From contig CBDCTZ010000016.1 in NCBI GenBank assembly GCA_965222375.1, forward strand, positions 288,001 through 352,000: a DNA stretch of 64,000 nt, given 5' to 3'. The notes beneath the pieces are model-generated. The model did not search any database. It had not been told where the DNA came from and saw nothing but the letters and a program-made list of their open reading frames with translations. Shown here one piece after another: positions 57,425-64,000 of the stretch; positions within the stretch are counted from its first letter, which is position 1; every line of letters starts with the position of its first letter. Position numbers and translations under genes: made by a program. Origin of the DNA: Polyangiaceae bacterium. Its GTDB lineage: Bacteria > Myxococcota_A > Polyangia > Polyangiales > Polyangiaceae.

Positions 57425-58846
57425 TCAGCGCTTCCGAGGCCGGGGGATCCCGTACATGTCCATGCGTTTCATCAAGACCTTGCGCGTGATGCCGAGTTCC
57501 TTGGCTGCGCGGGTTTGGTTGCCTGCAGCAGCATCGAGGGCGGCTACGATCCGTGCCTTTTCGACATCACCCAGGGTCTGAGTCGGGCCCAGGGTCTGAG
57601 TTGAACCGGCGCTCTCGTGCGGCGGCGGTGGCCGCAGCGTCGCGCCGCCGAGGTCGGGAGCGGGGGTTGGCGGCAGTGGCCGTAGCGTCGTGCCGCCGAG
57701 GCTGGGCGCGGGGGTCGGCATGCCGGCAGCGCGAAAATCCTCCACGCTGATCTCCGGACCGGGCTGCAAGATCAACGCGCGCTCGACGATGTTTCGCAGC
57801 TCCCGGGCATTGCCGGGCCAGGGCAGCTGCTGCAGAGACCGTATTGCCTCTGGGGCGATGCGCGGAACGTTGCGGCAGTGAGATGCTGCGATCTGTTTGG
57901 CAAACGCGTTCAGCAACGCCGGTACGTCCTCTGGGCGATCCCGAAGCGGCGGAACCACTATGGGAAAGACGTTGATTCGGTAAAACAGATCTTGGCGAAA
58001 GCGGCCGGCGGCGATCTCTGCTTCCAGGTTCCGATGCGTGGCGGCAATGACTCGCACGTCGATGGGTGTCGGCTCTCGGGAACCCAGTCGGAGCACCGAA
58101 CGGGACTCGAGTACTCGCAGTAGCTTGGCCTGTAGGCCCACGGGTAGATCTCCGATCTCGTCCAGGAATACGGTTCCACCGTTCGCGGCTTCGAACAGGC
58201 CCTCGCGCCTCTTGTCAGCACCGGTGAAAGCGCCGCGCTCGTGGCCAAAGAGCTCACCCTCCAGCAGGTTCTCGGGCAGTGCGGCGCAGTTGAGGGGCAA
58301 GAAGGTCTTGGCAGCTCGTGGCGACCAAGCGTGTATGGCGCGCGCGAGTACATCCTTGCCAACGCCGGTTTCGCCGAGCAGCAGCGTCGTTGTATCGGAT
58401 TGGGCGACACGCTGCGCCACTGACAGCACCTGGACCATTGCTTTGCTCTCAGCGACGGGTGCGTCGTTGGAGCCGCGCTCGACGCTATCTTCATCAGCGG
58501 GAAGGACTACCAAGAACACGGAGCCCAGGCGAAACACCGCTCGCTCCGAAAGCCTCTCTGTGTTGCCGCGCTCCAGACGTCGGTCGCTGTCCAGCTTGTG
58601 CGTGGCGTCTTGGGTAGACGGGTCCGCGACGTCGCGGACGAATGTGCCGTTGGCGCTACCGAGATCTTCCAGCAGGACCTCGTGGTCCAGGCTGAGCCGC
58701 GCGTGGCGCCTGGAGACCGAGGGGTCCTCGAGCACGATATCGCATTCCGGCGCCCGCCCGAGGACAACGCTGCCCGCCCTAGGCAACGCCACATCGCGTG
58801 CTTGGTCGACAGTCAGAATTCGAAGCCGAAGGGCGCCTCGGGACAT
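57425..58846 (-). CDS. FHA-domain sigma54-dependent transcriptional activator (AAA+ plus Fis HTH)
   Basis: FHA GR…SRRHA…[43 protein letters not shown]. Confidence 0.96.
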   Translation of the reverse strand: MSRGALRLRILTVDQARDVALPRAGSVVLGRAPECDIVLEDPSVSRRHARLSLDHEVLLEDLGSANGTFVRDVADPSTQDATHKLDSDRRLERGNTERLSERAVFRLGSVFLVVLPADEDSVERGSNDAPVAESKAMVQVLSVAQRVAQSDTTTLLLGETGVGKDVLARAIHAWSPRAAKTFLPLNCAALPENLLEGELFGHERGAFTGADKRREGLFEAANGGTVFLDEIGDLPVGLQAKLLRVLESRSVLRLGSREPTPIDVRVIAATHRNLEAEIAAGRFRQDLFYRINVFPIVVPPLRDRPEDVPALLNAFAKQIAASHCRNVPRIAPEAIRSLQQLPWPGNARELRNIVERALILQPGPEISVEDFRAAGMPTPAPSLGGTTLRPLPPTPAPDLGGATLRPPPPHESAGSTQTLGPTQTLGDVEKARIVAALDAAAGNQTRAAKELGITRKVLMKRMDMYGIPRPRKR

Positions 58847-58923
58847 CGAGGATCGATATCACATCCGGCTTTAGCGAGCGCCTCCACCTCCGTCGCCCTC
58901 GCGGAAAGGCAAAGCTGGGGAAA

Positions 58924-59225
58924 GGCGGAAAGACAAAGACGGGCAACCCGACGGCGTGAATGGCGAAAAGACGAGGCGGGGAACGCGCGCGCGTGAATGG
59001 CGAAAAGACGAAGCGGGGAACCCGAGGGCGTGAATGGCGAAAAGACGAGGCGGGTAGCTGGACGGCGTGGATGGCGGAAAGACGAGGCGGGTAGCCGGAC
59101 GGCGTGAACGGCGGAAAGACGAGGCGGGTAACCCGAGGGCGTGAATGGCGAAAAGACGAAGCGGGGAACGCGCGCGCGTGAATGGCGAAAAGACCAAGGC
59201 GGGTAGCCCGACGGCGTGAATGGCG
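58924..59225. repeat. intergenic tandem array of about 8 x 37-bp units
   Basis: unit starts (GCGTGAATGGCG-like) at 58954, 58991, 59028, 59065, 59102, 59139, 59176, 59214. Confidence 0.95.
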
Positions 59226-59280
59226 CCGAGAAAGTGGGAAGCGGTTGCCAGCAGCCCTAGGGGCGAGGTCACGGGTTCGA

Positions 59281-59652
59281 CTAGACGTGTTGGTCGACGA
59301 GGATGGGGTTTCCGTCCGGGTCCACCGCGATGAAGCTTGCGGGTCCGGTGGTGGTCTCGTCGGCTTCGCTGACGAGAGTGACGCCGGCTGCCTTGAGTTG
59401 CTTCTGCAGCTCACGCACGTCAGTGAACTCCTCGACGTTTTCGGCGTTCTGGTTCCATCCAGGATTGAAGGTCAGGGTGTTCTTCTCGAACATGCCCTGG
59501 AACAGACCGATGACGCGGTCGCCGTTCTTCATGATCAGCCAGTTCTGGGAGGCGTCGCCACCCATCACGCTGAAGCCGAGCTTTTCGTAGAACGCCTTCG
59601 AGGCTGCGATGTCTTTGACGGCCAAGCTGATTGAAAACGCTCCGAGATCCAT
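59281..59652 (-). CDS. VOC/glyoxalase family protein
   Basis: [18 protein letters not shown]…[21 protein letters not shown]. Confidence 0.93.
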   Translation of the reverse strand: MDLGAFSISLAVKDIAASKAFYEKLGFSVMGGDASQNWLIMKNGDRVIGLFQGMFEKNTLTFNPGWNQNAENVEEFTDVRELQKQLKAAGVTLVSEADETTTGPASFIAVDPDGNPILVDQHV

Positions 59653-59768
59653 GGCAGTGTCTCCTTTGCGGCGCGCAGAGTGTCAGCACTCGCGCTTCAG
59701 CTCAAGTGGGGGCGACTAATATGCGCGGCTGTGTCAGGCTCGGGCCGCTCGTCGAGGGTGCAAGTGAC

Positions 59769-60281
59769 GTGAGACCGAAGAAGGGTGACGTTCTCTCCGA
59801 GGAAACGGAGGCGAAGATCAAGGCGCTGGCCGACAGCGCCGTGGCGGCGATGGACCGACAGGACTTCGTGCGGGCCAAGGGCGACGCGACGGCGGCGCTG
59901 GAGCTGTTTCCAGATCCCCTCGAGGGTTGGACGTCGTCCTTCTTGCTCAGCCTGATTGCCTTCGAGGCCGAAATGGGTCTGGGCAACCACCAGGTTGCAC
60001 GGGTGCTGGTGGAGCAAACTGCAGGTTGCACCGGCGCGGACCGGGCGACGGTGGCCGTGATGCGGGGCCGGGTGAAGCTCGAGCTAGGCGACGAACAAGG
60101 CGCCGCTGCCGAGTTTTTGCAAGGGCTTCTAAAGGGCGGCGCCGTCGAGTTCGAAGGCGTCGACCCCAAGTACTTCGCCTTTGCCGAAGAGCACCTCAAG
60201 CCTCCCGAGGGCTGCAAGAGTTGGAAGGACTTCGATCCGAAAACTGGAGCAGCGAAGAAGAAGTGGTGGCGGTTTTGGTAG
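59769..60281 (+). CDS. hypothetical TPR-like protein ending KKKWWRFW
   Basis: helical repeats, RGRVKLELGD, FEGVDPKY; start uncertain. Confidence 0.65.
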   Translation: MRPKKGDVLSEETEAKIKALADSAVAAMDRQDFVRAKGDATAALELFPDPLEGWTSSFLLSLIAFEAEMGLGNHQVARVLVEQTAGCTGADRATVAVMRGRVKLELGDEQGAAAEFLQGLLKGGAVEFEGVDPKYFAFAEEHLKPPEGCKSWKDFDPKTGAAKKKWWRFW

Positions 60282-60447
60282 CTGAAGTTGCTATTCGCGG
60301 CACGGTCGCTGAACCCCTGTGAGCGGAGATGCGAGGACGTGTTGGTGGCGGTTTCATGACTGGGGGCGCCGCGGTGATGTCGCGGGCGTCAGCGAACCTG
60401 TCCCTGGGGCCGCCGTGCGGAGGCGCGCACGCGTTGCAGCCCGCCGT

Positions 60448-61188
60448 CTACAGTGAGATCTCGAAGCCATCGTGGGCGGCCTCGAGATCGAGATCGCCCA
60501 GTCGAGACAGCATGTCTTGGCTCATATGCGTGACCACGATGCGCTTGCAGTCGAACTGGGAGCGGTGCTGCATCAGCGTCGAATAGTCGAGGTGGAAGGG
60601 GACGCGCTTTTCGTAGAAGTAGGCCTCGCAAATGAAGAGATCGCACCCCGCGGCAGCCGTCAGCAGGCGATCCGTCCACTCTGTATCACCCGAGTAGGTG
60701 ACCACATGACCACTCGCCTCGACGCGTAGGGCGTAGGGCGGCGCACCACAGGCGTGTACGACCTCGTAAGGGGTCACGCCTAGCTCGCCAACCCTGGCGG
60801 TGACACCGTCGGCAAGCTCCTGGAACTCGACGGCGAACTTACGTTGCGCGCTGGACGAGCCGGGAAAGAAGACTTCCATCGCCTCGGTGACGCGAGCTTC
60901 GATGCCCGGGGGGCCAGCGATCTGAAGCGGCTTGTCGCGGCCTGAAAACTGGGCATCGACAATGACAAAGGGCAGGCCACCGAAATGGTCGCCGTGCAGA
61001 TGGCTGATCAGCACGGTGTCGATAGCGTTGGGATCTACTCCGGCTGCCTTGAGCGCAATCAGCGAAGAGGCTCCGCAGTCGATCAGGCACGAGCTGGAGT
61101 TGGCCTCGATCAAGATGCAGGTTTGAAAGCGCCCGCCGCTGCCGAAAGCGTCGCCGCTGCCCAAGAATCGAACCCGAACCTGTCCCAT
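60448..61188 (-). CDS. MBL-fold metallo-hydrolase (RNase Z-like)
   Basis: FLGSG, SHLHGDH, YSGDT, THM. Confidence 0.93.
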   Translation of the reverse strand: MGQVRVRFLGSGDAFGSGGRFQTCILIEANSSSCLIDCGASSLIALKAAGVDPNAIDTVLISHLHGDHFGGLPFVIVDAQFSGRDKPLQIAGPPGIEARVTEAMEVFFPGSSSAQRKFAVEFQELADGVTARVGELGVTPYEVVHACGAPPYALRVEASGHVVTYSGDTEWTDRLLTAAAGCDLFICEAYFYEKRVPFHLDYSTLMQHRSQFDCKRIVVTHMSQDMLSRLGDLDLEAAHDGFEISL

Positions 61189-61302
61189 CTTTCCAACGCT
61201 TTGGACTTCAGCGGCGCGTGACCGCCGACGGCCGGCGCCATGCTAGCACCAATCCAAGTCGGGATGCGTGCCCGTCGCTATAGTGCGTGGTAATCCCAGG
61301 GC

Positions 61303-61947
61303 ATGAACGGCTTCCCCAGCGCGGCTCGCGCGTGTTTCTTCTGCGTGGTGTTGGGCACAGCTGCGGGCTGCGGCGGTAAGAGCGAGAGTGTCGACCCGCC
61401 GGTCGATGCGGGAACGTCGGATGGGTCCGTCAAAGACGCGGCGCCTAGCGGTGACTGCGTGATTGCCGTGCGCACGGACGACTGCTGCACGGCGGCCGAA
61501 GCCGTGTCCGCTTCCGAGGTGGCCAAGGACCCGTGTTGGGAGCCCTACCGGCCGGAAAAGCTCGAACCCCAGTGCCTCGCGGCGCAGCCCAAGATGTGCG
61601 AACTGGTGGACTGCGACTACACGCCGCCAAAGAGCCGCGCGGTGCGACGCAACGCTGCGGGGCAGTGCGTGTTTGTCGACGAGTGCGCGACGGACCCCGA
61701 CTGCACCTTCGCTTTCGACTACGGTCGGTGCTGCGTCAACTGCACGGGCGAGATCTTGTCCAAGTCGCTGGTGGATCAAGACCCGTGTCTGTCCACGGAG
61801 CTACTGCCGGGTGCTGCACCCGCTGACTGCAAGACGCCGGATTGCTCGGACGTGGACTGCGCATCCTGCTTGCCGGAAAAGCCGGATCCGCGCTGCGTGT
61901 CGGATCCGGATCCGGGTTCGCTCAAGGTGTGCGTGCAGGGAACGTAA
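61303..61947 (+). CDS. Cys-rich lipoprotein
   Basis: AAGC lipobox; two CC-containing repeats. Confidence 0.8.
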   Translation: MNGFPSAARACFFCVVLGTAAGCGGKSESVDPPVDAGTSDGSVKDAAPSGDCVIAVRTDDCCTAAEAVSASEVAKDPCWEPYRPEKLEPQCLAAQPKMCELVDCDYTPPKSRAVRRNAAGQCVFVDECATDPDCTFAFDYGRCCVNCTGEILSKSLVDQDPCLSTELLPGAAPADCKTPDCSDVDCASCLPEKPDPRCVSDPDPGSLKVCVQGT

Positions 61948-62040
61948 TGGCTGGTAGCGGAAAGCGACGCCCGAAGATTGAGGCCTAGGTCGACGGCAGC
62001 TTGGTCGCGCGCGGAACCCAGCCGGACTCTTTGGCGCAAG

Positions 62041-62078
62041 GCGAGAGTAGTGGCCCTGGGTGGACCAGAGATGCGACC
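62041..62078 (+). repeat. dispersed 38-bp bipartite intergenic motif, copy 5
   Basis: GCGAGAGTAGTGGCCCT-GGGTGG-ACCAGAGATGCGACC; tail AAACCAAGCAACTCA resembles copy 1. Confidence 0.8.
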
Positions 62079-62143
62079 CCCAAACCAAGCAACTCACCAG
62101 AATGTTCGGAGAGGGGGCCTGCGAAGTGTCGCGGTCGACGGAT

Positions 62144-62431
62144 TTACTTCGACCTCAGTTCGTAGATCCGGATGCTCTTGATGAAGGGGTTGCTCTCCGC
62201 GAGCTTGGCGGCGGCTTCGAGACTCTCGGCTTCGATGACGTTGTAGCCGGTAATGGCGTCCGCATCCCAGCCTAGCTCTCGCGTTCCAGTCTTGGAGATC
62301 TCTTTGCCGCCGGCGAAGCCACCCTGATCGACTTGCACGTCGGCAATGGAAGCGAACCAGGCTTTCCACTTCTCCATGATTTCCGGAGTGGGTTTCTCGA
62401 AGCCGAAATGTAAGAACATGAACCTTTTCAC
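62144..62431 (-). CDS. YciI-family protein
   Basis: GTG with GGAGGAG RBS; WKAWF, ITGYNVIEAESLEAA…PF…IRIYE. Confidence 0.85.
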   Translation of the reverse strand: MKRFMFLHFGFEKPTPEIMEKWKAWFASIADVQVDQGGFAGGKEISKTGTRELGWDADAITGYNVIEAESLEAAAKLAESNPFIKSIRIYELRSK

Positions 62432-62555
62432 AGCGATCTCCTCCTGGGGCCACCAGCCGCGGTGGGTCTTGACGTGTAGTGCTTCGTGCGCCGAGGCGTA
62501 AGCCCCAAGTTGGCGCAAGTGTGCCCCGGGGCTCCGTGCTAATGTTCCGTGCAGT

Positions 62556-64000
62556 ATGCGTAGAAAAAGCTTGGCTTGGTTGTGGGGCATTGCCCTCACG
62601 TCGTTGGTGTTTGCGAGTTCCTGCTCCGGAGAAAAGGAGCCACGACGCGGCCAAGTCATCGTCGCCTTTCAGACCGATCTTTCGATTCCCAAGGACATCA
62701 AGCTCATCGTCGTCAGCATCTACGCGGGCGGGACGAAGCGCTTTCACCAGACTTATCCGCTCAACCCCGATGGCACCTTCAGCTTGCCGGCGACGCTGGC
62801 CATCGTCGAAGGTGAGCAGAAAAACCAGCCCATCACGATCCGTGCGGTGGGTCTGGATTCCGCGGGTGAGCCGCATGTGATTCGGCAGGCGGTGACGACG
62901 GTGCCGAAAGAACGCATCGCGCTGCTGCACATGCCGCTTCAGTTTCTCTGCTACCAAAAGGTGGACGAGGGTGTCGATATCGACGGCACCGAGAACTACG
63001 ACGACGCCTGCACCAAGCAGGATCAAACTTGCATCTCCGGTGAGTGCGTGCCCGACGAGATCGACGTGAACACGCTCGCTGACTACGCTGGGGAACTCGT
63101 CTTCGGTGGGGTGGGCGCGCCAGGTTTGGCGGGTGGGCAGTGTCTCGATGTGCTCGGCTGCTTCGCGAAGGGCACGACGGTGGCGCCGGACGCCAACTGC
63201 ACGGTGGCGCTTCCCGGTGGCAGTGAGGAAAACGTCAACGTGGGCCTCGTCATGCCCCTGAATGGGCAAGGGATCTGCGGCACGGAAGCTTGCATCGTGG
63301 CCTTGGAGCGGGATGACCTGTTGGGTTGGAAGTTCGAAAATGGCCGAGCCCAATTGCCGAAGGCGGTTTGCGATCGACTAGGCAAAGACATCAATGCGTT
63401 AGCGGTCACGGGGGCGTGCGTGACCAAGACCACGTCGGTGCCGACCTGTGGTCCGTGGTCGAGCATCGACGGTGACTTCACCTTTGACGCGGGCGCACCC
63501 GCAGAGGGTGGCGAAGGTGGCGGGGAAGACCCCTGCGCTAACGCGGAAGATGGCACCTATTGCGAGTGGGAGCCGGTGATTGGCGGCGGTGGGGAAACCC
63601 TTCGCGAATGCGCCGGGCGCACGACGGTGAGCATGACGGACTGCACGGCCAGTGGTCAGGTTTGCGTCGACGGTGCATCCGAGCCGGCGTTCTGTGCGCC
63701 AGCATCGGATGGCGGACTCGATGGCGGTGACGGCGGCGACGCCGGGTTGGTGACGTTTTGTACGGGCAAGTCCGACGGCTACTACTGCAGTGGCAGCGAT
63801 CTGTATCGCTGCCTGGCGGGACTCGTGGATAGCCAGACCACGTGCACCTCGGGCTGCAGCAACGTCGGGCTCACGTCGTTCTGCACACCGCCACCGGATC
63901 CGACGGCGCAGTTTCTCGGGAACTTCTGCGTCAATGACTCGGAGTGCGGCGGGCTCAAGTGTTTGACCTCGACGGGGCTCAGCGACGGCAGTGGGCCCGC
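62556..64000 (+). CDS. large Cys-rich lipoprotein, 3'-truncated by window edge (absent from ORF track)
   Basis: MRRKSLAWLWGIALTSLVFASSC lipobox; GQVIVAFQTDLSIPKD, LPATLAIV; frame appears open to the window end. Confidence 0.8.
   Translation, partial: MRRKSLAWLWGIALTSLVFASSCSGEKEPRRGQVIVAFQTDLSIPKDIKLIVVSIYAGGTKRFHQTYPLNPDGTFSLPATLAIVEGEQKNQPITIRAVGLDSAGEPHVIRQAVTTVPKERIALLHMPLQFLCYQKVDEGVDIDGTENYDDACTKQDQTCISGECVPDEIDVNTLADYAGELVFGGVGAPGLAGGQCLDVLGCFAKGTTVAPDANCTVALPGGSEENVNVGLVMPLNGQGICGTEACIVALERDDLLGWKFENGRAQLPKAVCDRLGKDINALAVTGACVTKTTSVPTCGPWSSIDGDFTFDAGAPAEGGEGGGEDPCANAEDGTYCEWEPVIGGGGETLRECAGRTTVSMTDCTASGQVCVDGASEPAFCAPASDGGLDGGDGGDAGLVTFCTGKSDGYYCSGSDLYRCLAGLVDSQTTCTSGCSNVGLTSFCTPPPDPTAQFLGNFCVNDSECGGLKCLTSTGLSDGSGP

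Noticed and set aside
58924..59225. CRISPR or TIGR array
   Set aside because: The variable part is only about 10 nt and recurs among units rather than being unique; no cas or stand-alone Nop-domain gene is adjacent; repeats are not palindromic.
62094..63353. 419-aa minus-strand ORF
   Set aside because: Shadow of the plus-strand lipoprotein starting at 62556, and overlaps the YciI-family gene in another frame.
1..64000. tRNA, rRNA or prophage genes
   Set aside because: None recognised by eye; a covariance-model scan was not possible.

Overview
High-GC (roughly 65-70% by eye) bacterial chromosome segment. Gene content points to Myxococcota, Polyangiaceae/Sorangiineae-like: many Gly/Ser-linker lipoproteins, Ser/Thr kinases, PEGA/FHA proteins and an FHA-sigma54 activator. 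1-37.9 kb is core-like: glgE, glgX and glgB interleaved with recQ and signalling genes, then ugd, an L,D-transpeptidase, CapA, an FGE-family protein and a glycolipid glucosyltransferase with GtrA. 38-52 kb is an accessory mosaic of gene fragments, tandem polysaccharide-lyase lipoproteins and an IS110/IS1111-type element split by a complete IS66. 52-64 kb holds a pectate lyase/LamG/PEGA/kinase/bEBP module, a 37-bp tandem array and small genes. Best leads: (1) the IS1111-type 3' non-coding region carries short segments matching both its insertion target (TACTCTCG) and its predicted excision junction (ATAGTCGAT, twice within a 24-bp direct repeat), consistent with a bridge/seek RNA; (2) that target is the edge of an unannotated, gap-free 38-bp bipartite intergenic motif found 5 times in the window; (3) three paralogous small lipoprotein-like peptides share a conserved RRA(R/H)F leader and repeated P-x-x-C-L cores, resembling RiPP precursors. 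All product calls are by motif recognition only; no searches were run.
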